Shown here: positions 1 through 13,000 of the stretch, piece after piece
How the letters are laid out: every line of letters starts with the position of its first letter
Numbering within the stretch: the stretch's first letter is position 1
Source of the DNA: Ranitomeya imitator
Lineage: Eukaryota
DNA: 64,000 nucleotides
Direction: 5' to 3'
NCBI RefSeq assembly: GCF_032444005.1
Contig: NC_091282.1
Coordinates: forward strand, 293,074,001-293,138,000
Notes under the pieces: generated by a model
The model's input: only the letters and a program-made list of their open reading frames with translations
Told to the model about the DNA's origin: nothing
The model's database searches: none
Program-made: the position numbers and the translations under genes

Positions 1-2820
1 GAGATACTCCACCTTACAAGGTATCAAACACAGCCTCGACCTGGCCTGGCTATCCCCCAGCCAGTATTTCAGCCATAAAGCCCTAAGGGGTGCATTGGAA
101 AGGGCGGCTGACCTTGCCGCCAACATTAGAGTCATCCGATAGGAAGGCAGCTGCACCCTGCATAAGCGGAATGGTGGCTAAGATGTCATCCCTTGCCACC
201 CTGTCTTAACTGGGATTCCAGCCTGTCCAGCCAGATCATCAAGGACCTGGCCGTGCACGTTGCTGTTACAGACTGCTTTAGAGCACCAGCAGATTTCTCC
301 CAAATCCCTTTAAAAAAGGTGTTCGCTTTCCTATCCAGGCCATCTCTCAGAGCCCCCATATCATCCAAGGGCAGACAAGATCTGTTGGAAGCCTTAATAT
401 CGCAATATCCAGCTGAGGCTTTGTCCCATAAAGACGAAGACTGCTTGTCAAAGGGGTATTTTCTCTTGAAAGAAAGGGGTAGGAAGCCCTTGCTTTCCAG
501 ATTTCAGGAAATAAAAAGAAGTTCTGACTACTTCAATTACACATACAGAGCTCTCAGCTGCAGTTTCCTGTGCATGCATGTGTAATCTTAAACCCCTCAT
601 TTCCCCCTCCTTCAAGAATTTTTATGGCTTTGAGCTGCGAAAGCAGGTCTCCTTAAACTCCTCTTTCTCCTCTCCCACGGAATACCAGCCAAAACTGGTA
701 CAGAAAGCATGGGATTCTATTGTTCTCTTAAAGTTATATATATTGGCACCGATCAGGGCAAGAGATATAAGGGTTATATATTCTGGATGTCCATCGAGAG
801 ATCTATAGCTCACGGAAATAGTTAGGAGCTAAACCCAACGAGTGTAAGGAGCGGGTTTCTCCGTAAGCGGGTCATGTAACTACGCCGTGTTTACACTTAA
901 AAGAATCCCCCCCGACGGGGTACACATCCTGATTATTGTGTCTTTCGTATATGAGGTTCATACAGCGAGCTATGTATAAAAATGGTTGCCATAACTCTTA
1001 AGAAAAGGGGAGGATTCAACCTCTAAGTGATGTCACTACAGGGGGGAGTGCCTTGGTTTTAGGCTGAGAAATAAGTGAGTGAAGCAGTAGTCTTCACGTG
1101 TCTTTTGTCTGGGGCTAGCTGAGAGACAGGGGTGATGCATCCGGATATATGCTCGCCCATCCCCCACAGCACATGGCAGGCCATGAGATGAAATGACATA
1201 ACGCAATGTAAGTGTTCTCTTCAACTTTAATCCCATTTTATTTGTAATTGTACTGTACATACGATACTGGTCTTCGTTATAATATTTTTTATACTTCTGT
1301 AAACACTGCCTACTTTTTTTGGAGTAAAATATAAAATTACTAGCTTTGTCTCTCCTTGCTCTATAACGAATTGTCACGTCCTCTGAGGTGAATTACGCTA
1401 CTAATCTGGGTTGGCTCCGGACCCGTCAATAATTAGAAGCCAGAGCCGGTGGCAGCGGGATTTGTCCTGTGCGTTTGGGAGGCTTTGTAGTGACGGCGGC
1501 GTTTATAATTATTGTTCCTGAGTGGGAGTAGTTACATCGCCCTCACTGCAGTGTGCCTATTAGCTAGTACAAAGTACTAGCCTTTCTGGCGACTAATTAT
1601 CCTAGGTGCAGTACCTGACCTGAGGGTAAGAGGGGCGCCAGAGAGCTGCAAGTTCCAAACGGAACTATGAAGCGGGCTATAGATAAATCCCCTTCAGGAA
1701 GGAACCAGGGGCAACCAAACAACCCCGGTTCACGGCAAATTGGTGTGAGTGGTGGGGATGATAAAGGTATCCTCCCCATGAACCGTGACACCGGCTTTTT
1801 CCATTCTTTTTGTATTAGGGCCCTGATCTTTTCGTTCAATGGGAAAGACCTTCATTTTCTCTGGTCCATGCCTCAGAACATTATATCCTGTACTGATTTC
1901 TCAAACCTAGTGTCCATAATGCCCATAGTGGATCTGATGGATTTCACTAGCCTATCCACATCCTCAGGAAGAAAACAATGGTGCCCTGGACCCACTATCT
2001 GATGATGAGGAAGTCGTTCCTGTAGTCAGATTTAGAGGAAACGTCAGAAGTCAGGGAGGCCTCCCTAACTCTTCCTCTCTTATCTACCTCTTTTTTGGAG
2101 AGGGATCTAAGGGACTCTCTAATTTCTGCCCATAGGATGGCCCTTAAGTCGGTGGTGAAGCTAGGGGTCTCTTCCGTAACTGTTTGCTCTATAAAAGATT
2201 GGCAGAGCCTCTTGTGGACAGGAGTCAGGTAACAAGGTCTTACACAAAGCATATTTTGTGCTTGTTTTTAGCCACATACTTCTTTCCCTGGCAATAAATG
2301 ACAAGAAAGAAGGGGAACAACAATACCTGTGCTGACTAGAACCCCAAGCATTTCCGGACCGAGTGGCTATTATCTTGACTCACCTCCTGATGTTTCTTCA
2401 TTAGTCATGCCTCCTCCAGTAGTGAGTGTATAACCACATCATTCCCACACCTTCCGGTGCAGTCGCACCTTGTGAGAGTCACCGGAGCCATCATCAGGCA
2501 CACCTCCCCTGTCTCCACCCACCTCTGGCTCCAGGCGCACGACACGTCTAGCTTCAGTGACGCAATGCAGGGAGCTCAGAAAGGGGAAGACACGGCTACG
2601 CTTGGTGGAGCCACACCAGAGACACCCATCGTCAGTCAGGGAACGCCGCTAATGAGTGCAGTCCCATTGAAGCCACACTGGAGCTTCCTGGCATCCTGCA
2701 CAGGTAAGCCTACACAGGTTCCCACATCAAGGACAGGAAACCATCTTATGCGAGGGAGAGGTACTGTCCATTTTAGCATGTAGGTTTCCTGTCCTTGGTG
2801 GGCGATTCCCCTCTCATGAT
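1..2820 (-). mobile_element. Degenerate DIRS retrotransposon (ORF1/gag-like region and terminal sequence), interrupted at about 498-1790
   Basis: Broken frames give KEWKK...SFKRKYPFD and DRKANTFFKGIWEKSAGALKQSVTATCTARSLMIWL, recalled as amphibian DIRS ORF1-like; collinear with 58471-60095. Left end lies outside the window. Confidence 0.7.
498..1790. mobile_element. About 1.3-kb insert in the DIRS fragment, LTR-like
   Basis: Absent from the paralogous DIRS copy at about 58650; right end is ...TGACA; purine tract at about 1000-1014; no clear TSD. Confidence 0.4.
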
Positions 2821-3257
2821 GCAGTCATGGGTGGTCGCATAAACTTACCATTACTGGACTCTGGAGCGGTGGAAACATGTTCTCTGAAGTAATGAATCCC
2901 ATTTTACTGGAAGTGTCAATCAGATCTAGTAGTTTGGCAGACGTGTAGAGAATGCCAACTACGAGAATGCATAGTGTCTTATGGAAAAAACAAATACGGG
3001 GCCACTTTTCACTCCAAAATGCTGTAGAAAGTCTTACAAGAATCATCTATATGGACACATTACCATCACTTTGAGCTCAATGGACATCACCTTCGTAAGC
3101 CATAAACAATGGCTCCGCTTATAGTACTATAGCTGTATATGTGGATTCGCCGATTAGGACTTTGGAATGGGGATGTCCAATGAGCTCATAGTTGTGATGG
3201 TAAGGTGTCCACCTGTTTCACACCCAGCACATAAACATTGGCCATGACCTAGTGTTA

Positions 3258-3676
3258 GGCTACTTTCACACTAGCGTCGGATTCGGCCCATCGCAGTGCG
3301 TCGGGCCGAGATTCCGACGCTAGCGTTGGATGCGCTGCACAATGGGTGCAGCGGATGCATTTCTCCGGCGCATCCGCTGCCCCATTGTGAGGTGCGGGGA
3401 GGTGGAGGCGGAGTTCCGGCCGTGCATGCGCGGTCGGAAAAAGCAGTCAGTCGGCAGCAAAAAACGTTACATTTAACGTTTTTTGCTCCCTGCGGTCCGC
3501 CACAACATGGCGCAACCGTCGCACGACGGTTGCGACGTGTATCAATACGTCGCAATGCGTCTGTAATGTTACTCTATGGGGCAAAAACGCATCCTACAAA
3601 CAACTTTGCAGGATGCGTTTTTTCCCTAAACTACGCATTGCGACGTATTCAAAGAAACACCAGTGTGAAAATAGCC
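3258..3676. mobile_element. PIF/Harbinger-type MITE
   Basis: TIRs GGCTACTTTCACACT / AGTGTGAAAATAGCC, TTA on both flanks, internal palindromes. Confidence 0.8.
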
Positions 3677-3899
3677 TTAAAGGTATACTTGCTCAAGATT
3701 CTCTTGAATGAAAACTAATGTTTATGAAAAAAGTAAGCCATCTCCTCATTACATAAACTTTAATACCAAAAGCGTAGGCAAGTGCTTGAAAGGAAATGGA
3801 TGTAGACTTAAAAGTCAAAATGAATTAAATGACTAATGTTTGGTTATAGATGAATTATAATGAACACTACTGAATAAACCACTAGAACAAAACCAGCAG

Positions 3900-4110
3900 T
3901 CTTTATGTCTTTAATATGTTTTATTTACAATACCAGGGGACTAATCAGAAGAGAATATGATAAAATTATTTTCTGCTGAAAAGCCTCAGCTATAATTTAA
4001 AGTTTGCACATTAAAAACATTACATGTAAAAAAAAAGATGGATAAAAGAAAAGCTCATATACATGGAGAAGAGTGTGACAGAACACAAGGGTCCACTTGA
4101 AAAACATTTC
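3900..4110 (-). other. CDC45: Probable non-coding last exon (3' UTR) of CDC45
   Basis: Pyrimidine-rich acceptor TTTCTCTTTCTAG ending at 4111, and AATAAA at 3925-3920. It is the clearest non-repeat acceptor plus poly(A) pair I found downstream of the exon-18 donor. The 3' end is approximate. Confidence 0.7.
3920..3925 (-). terminator. Polyadenylation signal AATAAA, probable CDC45 3' end
   Basis: TTTATT on the plus strand, about 185 nt into the putative last exon. Confidence 0.65.
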
Positions 4111-4281
4111 CTAGAAAGAGAAATTACAGGTTACCATCTGTTTGCTGCCATATATAAATAAAAAAAAAAAAAAAAAATTATATACACATGCGATTGTAAT
4201 AATTATATCTTACCCAACTATTTAATGTTTCATATTTGTAGCTAAGTTATAGAGCGGACTGACCTTTACAGATAGAGATAT

Positions 4282-4324
<43 letters not shown>

Positions 4325-4326
<2 letters not shown>

Positions 4327-6102
4327 GTATATACTCGAGTATAAGCCGAGATTTTCAGCCCAAATTTTTGGGCTGAAAGTGCCCCCCTCGGCTTATACTC
4401 GAGTCACGGTAGCGGTGGGGTCGGCGGGTGAGGGGGTGAGGGCGCTGAGGTATACTTACCTAGTCCCAGCGATCCTCGCGCTGTCCCTGCCGTCCCACGG
4501 GCTTCGGCGCTGCAGCTTCTTCCTCTCTTCAGCGGTCACGTGGGACCGCTCATTACAGAAATGAATAAGCGGCTCCACCTCCCATAGGGGCGGAGCCGCT
4601 TATTCATTTCTCTAATCAGCGGTGCCGGTGACCGCTGATAGAGAAAGAAGCTGCGGCACCGAAGACAGGAGGGGACAGCGCGAGGATCGCCAGGACTAGG
4701 TGAGTATAGCATATTCACCTGTCCTCGTTCCAGCCGCCGGGCGCCGATCCATCTTCCCGGCCGGCGCCTCCATCTTCCCGGCGTCTGCGCTCTCTGACTG
4801 ATCAGGCAGAGGGCGCGATGACGCATATAGTGTGCGCGGCGCCCTCTGCCTGATCAGTCAGAGCAGAGACGCCGGGAAGATGGAGGCGCCGGAACGAGAC
4901 GCCGGGAGCTGCAATCAAGGGAGGTGAGTATGTGTTTTTTTTTCTTTATTGCGGCAGCGGCGGCACAAATTTATGTGGAACATCTATGGGGCACAGTGAA
5001 CGGTGCAGAGCACCGTATATGGCACAGCACAGCTATGGGGTACAGTGAACGGTGCAGAGCACCGTATATGGCACAGCACAGCTATGGGGCACAATGAACG
5101 GTGCAGAGCACCGTATATGGCACAGCACAGCTATGGGGCACAGTGAACGGTGCAGAGCACCGTATATGGCACAGCTAGGGGGGGCACAGTGAACGGTGCA
5201 GAGCACCGTATATGGCACAGCTAGGGGGGGCACAGTGAACGGTGCAGAGCACCGTATATGGCACAGCACAGCTATGGGGCACAGTGAACGGTGCAGAGCA
5301 CCGTATATGGCACAGCACAGCTATGTATGGGGCACAGTGAACGGTGCAGAGCACCGTATATGGCACAGCACAGCTATGGGGCACAGTGAACGGTGCAGAG
5401 CACCGTATATGGCACAGCACAGCTATGGGGCACAGTGAACGGTGCAGAGCACCGTATATGGCACAGCACAGCTATGGGGCACAGTGAACGGTGCAGAGCA
5501 CCGTATATGGCACAGCACAGCTATGGGGCACAGTGAACGGTGCAGAGCACCGTATATGGCACAGCACAGCTATAGGGCACAGTGAACGGTGCAGAGCACC
5601 GTATATGGCACAGCACAGCTATGTATGGGGCACAGTGAACGGTGCAGAGCACCATATATGGCACAGCACAGCTATGTATGGGGCACAGTGAACGGTGCAG
5701 AGCACCGTATATGGCACAGCACAGCTATGGGGCACAGTGAACGGTGCAGAGCACCGTATATGGCACAGCTATGGGGCACAGTGAACGGTGCAGAGCACCG
5801 TATATGGCACATCTATGGGGCACAATGAACGGTGCAGAGCACCGTATATGGCACAGCTAGGGGGCATAATGAACGGTGCAGAGCACTATATGGTTCACAC
5901 CTATGGGGAAATATGAACGGTGCAGAGCACTATATGGCACAGCTATGGGGAAATAATGATCTATTTTTATTTTTGAAATTCACCGGTAAATGCTGCATTT
6001 CCACCCTAGGCTTATACTCGAGTCAATAAGTTTTCCCAGTTTTTTGTGGCAAAATTAGGGGGGTCGGCTTATACTCGGGTCGGCTTATACTCGAGTATAT
6101 AC

Positions 6103-6104
<2 letters not shown>
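4325..6104. mobile_element. Non-autonomous Tc1/mariner-superfamily (Tc2/pogo-like) element with an internal minisatellite
   Basis: TIR CCGTATATACTCGAGTATAAGCCGA, TA flanks inside a (TA)n tract, internal hairpins; second copy at 48716-50254. Confidence 0.82.
4985..5950. repeat. About 47-bp minisatellite array
   Basis: About 20 tandem units of GCACAGCTATGGGGCACAGTGAACGGTGCAGAGCACCGTATATGGCACA with small indels. Confidence 0.92.
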
Positions 6105-6154
<50 letters not shown>

Positions 6155-6946
6155 TATATATATACACATAGATATATATATATATATATAGCCAATACAA
6201 AAGGAAAAGCCAGACAGCACCACTGCCAGGAAGAACAAAGTGGGAACCGCTCACCTGTGTGAAGCCAGGATATCTGATCTTGGGTGCGTAGCTCCGCTGG
6301 AGNNNNNNNNNNNNNNNNNNNNNNNNNNNNNNNNNNNNNNNNNNNNNNNNNNNNNNNNNNNNNNNNNNNNNNNNNNNNNNNNNNNNNNNNNNNNNNNNNN
6401 NNNNNNNNNNNNNNNNNNNNNNNNNNNNNNNNNNNNNNNNNNNNNNNNNNNNNNNNNNNNNNNNNNNNNNNNNNNNNNNNNNNNNNNNNNNNNNNNNNNN
6501 NNNNNNNNNNNNNNNNNNNNNNNNNNNNNNNNNNNNNNNNNNNNNNNNNNNNNNNNNNNNNNNNNNNNNNNNNNNNNNNNNNNNNNNNNNNNNNNNNNNN
6601 NNNNNNNNNNNNNNGGACTCACACTCTCATTTAAAGATTTTTCTGTATTTTCATGACTATGAAAATTGTACATTCACACCAAAGGCATCAAAACCATGAA
6701 TTAACACATGTGGAATTATATACTTAACAAAAAAGTGTGAAACAACTGAAAATATGTCTTATATTCTAGGTTCTTCAAAGTAGCCACCTTTTGCTTTGGT
6801 GACTGCTTTGCACACTCTTGGCATTCTCTTGATGATCTTAGTAACATAGTAACATAGTTAGTAAGGCCGAAAAAAGACATTTGTCCATCCAGTTCAGCCT
6901 ATATTCCATCATAATAAATCCCCAGATCTACGTCCTTCTACAGAAC

Positions 6947-9727
6947 CTAATAATTGTATGATACAATATTGTTCTGCTCCAGGAAGACATCCAGGCCTCT
7001 CTTGAACCCCTCGACTGAGTTCGCCATCACCACCTCCTCAGGCAAGCAATTCCAGATTCTCACTGCCCTAACAGTAAAGAATCCTCTTCTATGTTGGTGG
7101 AAAAACCTTCTCTCCTCCAGACGCAAAGAATGCCCCCTTGTGCCCGTCACCTTCCTTGGTATAAACAGATCCTCAGCGAGATATTTGTATTGTCCCCTTA
7201 TATACTTATACATGGTTATTAGATCGCCCCTCAGTCGTCTTTTTTCTAGACTAAATAATCCTAATTTCGCTAATCTATCTGGGTATTGTAGTTCTCCCAT
7301 CCCCTTTATTAATTTTGTTGCCCTCCTTTGTACTCTCTCTAGTTCCATTATATCCTTCCTGAGCACCGGTGCCCAAAACTGGACACAGTACTCCATGTGC
7401 GGTCTAACTAGGGATTTGTACAGAGGCAGTATAATGCTCTCATCATGTGTATCCAGACCTCTTTTAATGCACCCCATGATCCTGTTTGCCTTGGCAGCTG
7501 CTGCCTGACACTGGCTGCTCCAGGTAAGTTTATCATTAACTAGGATCCCCAAGTCCTTCTCCCTGTCAGATTTACCCAGTGGTTTCCCGTTCAGTGTGTA
7601 ATGGTGATATTGATTCCCTCTTCCCATGTGTATAACCTTACATTTATCATTGTTAAACCTCATCTGCCACCTTTCAGCCCAAGTTTCCAACTTATCCAGA
7701 TCCATCTGTAGCAGAATACTATCTTCTCTTGTATTAACTGCTTTACATAGTTTTGTATCATCTGCAAATATCGATATTTTACTGTGTAAACCTTTTACCA
7801 GATCATTAATGAATATGTTGAAGAGAACAGGTCCCAATACTGACCCCTGCGGTACCCCACTGGTCACAGCGACCCAGTTAGAGACTATACCATTTATAAC
7901 CACCCTCTGCTTTCTATCACTAAGCCAGTTACTAACCCATTTACACACATGTTCCCCCAGACCAAGCATTCTCATTTTGTGTACCAACCTCTTGTGCGGC
8001 ACGGTATCAAACGCTTTGGAAAAATCGAGATATACCACGTCCAATGACTCACCGTGGTCCAGCCTATAGCTTACCTCTTCATAAAAACTGATTAGATTGG
8101 TTTGACAGGAGCGATTTCTCATAAACCCATGCTGATATGGAGTTAAACAGTTATTCTCATTGAGATAATCCAGAATAACATCCCTCAGAAACCCTTCAAA
8201 TATTTTACCAACAATAGAGGTTAGACTTACTGGCCTATAATTTCCAGGTTCACTTTTAGAGCCCTTTTTGAATATTGGCACCACATTTGCTATGCGCCAG
8301 TCCTGCGGAACAGACCCTGTCGCTATAGAGTCACTAAAAATAAGAAATAATGGTTTATCTATTACATTACTTAGTTCTCTTAGTACTCGTGGGTGTATGC
8401 CATCCGGACCCGGAGATTTATCTATTTTAATCTTATTTAGCCGGTTTCGCACCTCTTCTTGGGTTAGATTGGTGACCCTTAATATAGGGTTTTCATTGTT
8501 TCTTGGGATTTCACCTAGCATTTCATTTTCCACCGTGAATACCGTGGAGAAGAAGGTGTTTAATATGTTAGCTTTTTCCTCGTCATCTACAACCATTCTT
8601 TCCTCACTATTTTTTAAGGGGCCTACATTTTCAGTTTTTATTCTTTTACTATTGATATAGTTGAAGAACAGTTTGGGATTAGTTTTACTCTCCTTAGCAA
8701 TGTGCTTCTCTGTTTCCTTTTTGGCAGCTTTAATTAGTTTTTTAGATAAAGTATTTTTCTCCCTATAGTTTTTTAGAGCTTCAATGGTGCCATCCTGCTT
8801 TAGTAGTGCAAATGCTTTCTTTTTACTGTTAATTGCCTGTCTTACTTCTTTGTTTAGCCATATTGGGTTTTTCCTATTTCTAGTCCTTTTATTCCCACAA
8901 GGTATAAACCGCTTACACTGCCTATTTAGGATGTTCTTAAACATTTCCCATTTATTATCTGTATTCTTATTTCTGAGGATATTGTCCCAGTCTACCAGAT
9001 TAAGGGCATCTCTAAGCTGTTCAAACTTTGCCTTCCTAAAGTTCAATGTTTTTGTGACTCCCTGACAAGTCCCCCTAGTGAAAGACAGGTGAAACTGCAC
9101 AATATTGTGGTCGCTATTTCCTAAATGCCCGACCACCTGCAGATTTGTTATTCTGTCAGGTCTATTAGATAGTATTAGGTCTAAAAGTGCTGCTCCTCTG
9201 GTTGGATTCTGCACCAATTGTGAAAGATAATTTTTCTTGGTTATTAGCAGAAACCTGTTGCCTTTATGGGTTTCACAGGTTTCTGTTTCCCAGTTAATAT
9301 CCGGGTAGTTAAAGTCCCCCATAACCAGGACCTCATTATGGGTTGCAGCTTCATCTATCTGCTTTAGAAGTAGACTTTCCATGCTTTCTGTTATATTTGG
9401 GGGTTTGTAACAGACCCCAATGAGAATTTTGTTACCATTTTTCCCTCCATGAATTTCAACCCATATGGACTCGACATCCTCATTCCCTTCGCTAATATCC
9501 TCCCTTAAAGTGGACTTTAGACAAGACTTTACATAGAGACAAACCCCTCCTCCTCTCCGATTTTTACGATCCTTTCTAAACAGACTGTAACCCTGTAAGT
9601 TGACTGCCCAGTCATAGCTTTCATCTAACCATGTCTCGGTTATTCCCACTATGTCAAAGTTACCTGTAGATATTTCTGCTTCTAGTTCTTCCATCTTGTT
9701 TGTCAGGCTTCTGGCGTTTGCGAGCAT
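6947..9727 (-). CDS. CR1 ORF2: APE endonuclease plus reverse transcriptase, 926 aa, open
   Basis: GITETW, GDFNYP, SDH endonuclease motifs; [27 protein letters not shown] motifs. Confidence 0.95.
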   Translation of the reverse strand: MLANARSLTNKMEELEAEISTGNFDIVGITETWLDESYDWAVNLQGYSLFRKDRKNRRGGGVCLYVKSCLKSTLREDISEGNEDVESIWVEIHGGKNGNKILIGVCYKPPNITESMESLLLKQIDEAATHNEVLVMGDFNYPDINWETETCETHKGNRFLLITKKNYLSQLVQNPTRGAALLDLILSNRPDRITNLQVVGHLGNSDHNIVQFHLSFTRGTCQGVTKTLNFRKAKFEQLRDALNLVDWDNILRNKNTDNKWEMFKNILNRQCKRFIPCGNKRTRNRKNPIWLNKEVRQAINSKKKAFALLKQDGTIEALKNYREKNTLSKKLIKAAKKETEKHIAKESKTNPKLFFNYINSKRIKTENVGPLKNSEERMVVDDEEKANILNTFFSTVFTVENEMLGEIPRNNENPILRVTNLTQEEVRNRLNKIKIDKSPGPDGIHPRVLRELSNVIDKPLFLIFSDSIATGSVPQDWRIANVVPIFKKGSKSEPGNYRPVSLTSIVGKIFEGFLRDVILDYLNENNCLTPYQHGFMRNRSCQTNLISFYEEVSYRLDHGESLDVVYLDFSKAFDTVPHKRLVHKMRMLGLGEHVCKWVSNWLSDRKQRVVINGIVSNWVAVTSGVPQGSVLGPVLFNIFINDLVKGLHSKISIFADDTKLCKAVNTREDSILLQMDLDKLETWAERWQMRFNNDKCKVIHMGRGNQYHHYTLNGKPLGKSDREKDLGILVNDKLTWSSQCQAAAAKANRIMGCIKRGLDTHDESIILPLYKSLVRPHMEYCVQFWAPVLRKDIMELERVQRRATKLIKGMGELQYPDRLAKLGLFSLEKRRLRGDLITMYKYIRGQYKYLAEDLFIPRKVTGTRGHSLRLEERRFFHQHRRGFFTVRAVRIWNCLPEEVVMANSVEGFKRGLDVFLEQNNIVSYNY

Positions 9728-10019
9728 GCAGTTTAGAGGATTTTGTTTTGTTCCAATCTCCTCACTGTGGATTGTTTTAGAAATGTTCTTACCTCCCTTC
9801 AGAGTATGTTTTCCTGGGTCGTCTTTGTTCGAGTCTAATGTTTTTCTTCCCGTCCCCTCTTCTTCTAGTTTAACGCCCTCCTGATGAGTGTAGCGAGTCT
9901 TCTGGTGAATGTGTGTTTCCCAGGTTTGTTGAGGTGTAGTCCGTCTCTGGCGAGGAGTCCATCATACCAGTAATTCACACCGTGGTCCAGGAATCCGAAT
10001 CCTTGTTGTCTGCACCATC

Positions 10020-13000
10020 TGTTATGGCTGGCAATCAGGCAACACAGCATGCAGTAATCAGCGCACATACAGAGATCTGGCAATAACCAAAAACAATAGG
10101 ACGAGCTCTGAGACGTGGAATCTCTGTAGACTGCAGTACCTGATCTATCCTCACACAACTATAAGCAGCAGTGGATTGCGCCTATCACTACCTATGCAAC
10201 TCGGCACTGCCTGAGGAGCTGACTAGCCTGAAGATAGAAATACAAGCCTGACTTACCTCAGAGAAATACCCCAAAGGAATAGGCAGCCCCCCACATATAA
10301 TGACTGTTAGCAAGATGAAAAGACAAACGTAGGAATGAAATAGATTCAGCAAAGTGAGGCCCGATATTCTAGACAGAGCGAGGATAGCAAAGAGAACTAT
10401 GCAGTCCACAAAAAACCCTAAAACGAAAACCACGCAAAGGGGCAAAAAGACCCACCGTGCCGAACTAACAGCACGGCGGTGCACCCCTTTGCTTCTCAGA
10501 GCTTCCAGCAAAAGTTAATAGCAAGCTGGACAGAAAAAACAGAAAACAAACTAGAAGCACTTATCTAGCAGAGCAGCAGGCCCAAGGAAAGATGCAGTAG
10601 CTCAGATCCAACACTGGAACATTGACAAGGAGCAAGGAAGACAGACTCAGGTGGAGCTAAATAGCAAGGCAGCCAACGAGCTCACCAAAACACCTGAGGG
10701 AGGAAGCCCAGAGACTGCAATACCACTTGTGACCACAGAAGTGAACTCAGCCACAGAATTCACAACAGTACCCCCCCCTTGAGGAGGGGGTCACCGAACC
10801 CTCACCAGAACCCCCAGGCCGACCAGGATGAGCCACATGAAAGGCACGAACAAGATCTGGGGCATGGACATCAGAGGCAAAAACCCAGGAATTATCTTCC
10901 TGAGCATAACCCTTCCATTTGACCAGATACTGGAGTTTCCGTCTAGAGACACGAGAATCCAAAATCTTCTCCACAATATACTCCAATTCCCCCTCCACCA
11001 AAACAGGGGCAGGAGGCTCCACAGATGGAACCATAGGTGCCACGTATCTCCTCAACAACGACCTATGGAATACATTATGTATGGAAAAGGAGTCTGGGAG
11101 GGTCAGACGAAAAGACACCGGATTGAGAATCTCAGAAATCCTATACGGACCAATAAAACGAGGTTTAAATTTAGGAGAGGAAACCTTCATAGGAATATGA
11201 CGAGAAGATAACCAAACCAGATCCCCAACACGAAGTCGGGGTCCCACACGGCGTCTGCGATTAGCGAAAAGCTGAGCCTTCTCCTGGGACAAGGTCAAAT
11301 TGTCCACTACCTGAGTCCAGATCTGCTGCAACCTGTCCACCACAGAATCCACACCAGGACAGTCCGAAGACTCAACCTGTCCTGAAGAGAAACGAGGATG
11401 GAACCCAGAATTGCAGAAAAATGGAGAGACCAAGGTAGCCGAGCTGGCCCGATTATTAAGGGCGAACTCAGCCAACGGCAAAAATGACACCCAATCATCC
11501 TGGTCAGCGGAAACAAAACATCTCAGATATGTTTCCAAGGTCTGATTGGTTCGTTCGGTCTGGCCATTAGTCTGAGGATGGAAGGCCGAGGAGAAAGATA
11601 GGTCAATGCCCATCCTACCACAAAAGGCTCGCCAGAACCTCGAGACAAACTGGGAACCTCTGTCAGAAACAATATTCTCAGGAATGCCATGTAAACGAAC
11701 CACATGCTGGAAGAACAAAGGCACCAAATCAGAGGAGGAAGGCAATTTAACCAAGGGCACAAGATGGACCATTTTAGAAAAGCGATCACAGACCACCCAA
11801 ATGACCGACATTTTTTGAGAAACGGGAAGGTCAGAAATGAAATCCATCGAAATATGTGTCCAAGGCCTCTTCGGGACCGGCAAGGGCAAAAGCAACCCAC
11901 TGGCACGTGAACAGCAGGGCTTAGCCCTAGCACAAATTCCACAGGACTGCACAAAAGCACGCACATCCCGTGACAGAGATGGCCACCAGAAGGATCTAGC
12001 AACCAACTCCCTGGTACCAAAGATTCCTGGATGACCGGCCAGCACCGAACAATGAAGTTCAGAGATAACTTTACTAGTCCACCTATCAGGGACGAACAGT
12101 TTCTCGGCCGGATAACGATCAGGTTTATTAGCCTGAAATTTCTGCAACACTCTCCGCAAATCAGGGGAGATGGCAGACACAATGACTCCTTCCTTGAGGA
12201 TACTCGCCGGCTCAGATAACCCCGGAGAGTCGGGCACAAAACTCCTAGACAGAGCATCCGCCTTCACATTTTTAGAGCCCGGAAGGTATGAAATCACAAA
12301 ATCAAAACGAGCAAAAAATAACGACCAACGGGCCTGTCTAGGATTCAAGCGCTTGGCAGACTCAAGATAAGTAAGGTTCTTATGATCAGTCAAAACCACC
12401 ACGCGATGCTTAGCACCCTCAAGCCAATGACGCCACTCCTCGAATGCCCACTTCATGGCCAGCAACTCTCGGTTGCCCACATCATAATTACGCTCAGCAG
12501 CAGAAAATTTCCTGGAAAAGAAAGCACATGGTTTGAACACTGAGCAACCAGAACCTCTCTGTGACAAAACCGCCCCTGCACCAATCTCAGAAGCATCAAC
12601 CTCGACCTGGAACGGAAGAGAAACATCAGGTTGACACAACACAGGGGCACAGCAAAAACGACGCTTCAACTCCTGAAAAGCTTCCACGGCAGCAGAAGAC
12701 CAATTAACCAAATCAGCACCCTTCTTGGTCAAATCGGTCAATGGTCTGGCAATGCTAGAAAAATTACAGATGAAGCGACGATAAAAATTAGCAAAGCCCA
12801 GGAATTTCTGCAGACTTTTTAGAGATGTCGGCTGAGTCCAATCCTGGATGGCCTGAACCTTAACCGGATCCATTTCGATAGTAGAAGGGGAAAAAATGAA
12901 CCCCAAAAATGAAACTTTCTGCACACCGAAGAGACACTTTGATCCCTTCACGAACAAGGAATTAGCACGCAGTACCTGGAAAACTATTCTGACTTGCTTC

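Noticed and set aside
2825-3046. 73-aa ORF with a GTAAGT donor-like site near 2848
   Set aside because: No recognisable protein and no partner exon; it lies beyond the putative poly(A) site.
4985-5950. Regularly spaced repeats resembling a CRISPR array (also 49325-50110)
   Set aside because: Units are contiguous with no unique spacers, lie inside a eukaryotic MITE, and there are no cas genes.
5033-6254. Repetitive ORFs (MQSTVYGTA..., YIYIYI...)
   Set aside because: They are translations of the minisatellite and (TA)n tracts.
6240-6673. ORFs spanning poly-X (also 19417-20073)
   Set aside because: They are artefacts of the N gaps.
6954-9065. Plus-strand ORFs of 90-215 aa over the CR1 and Gypsy elements (also 36512-37561)
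   Set aside because: They are antisense shadows of RT ORFs and recur identically in each copy.
10188-10511. 107-aa hydrophobic ORF repeated in the LTRs, env-like at first sight
   Set aside because: It lies wholly within the LTR, has a non-ATG start and no recognisable domain, and the start is lost in the LTR at 57174-57921.
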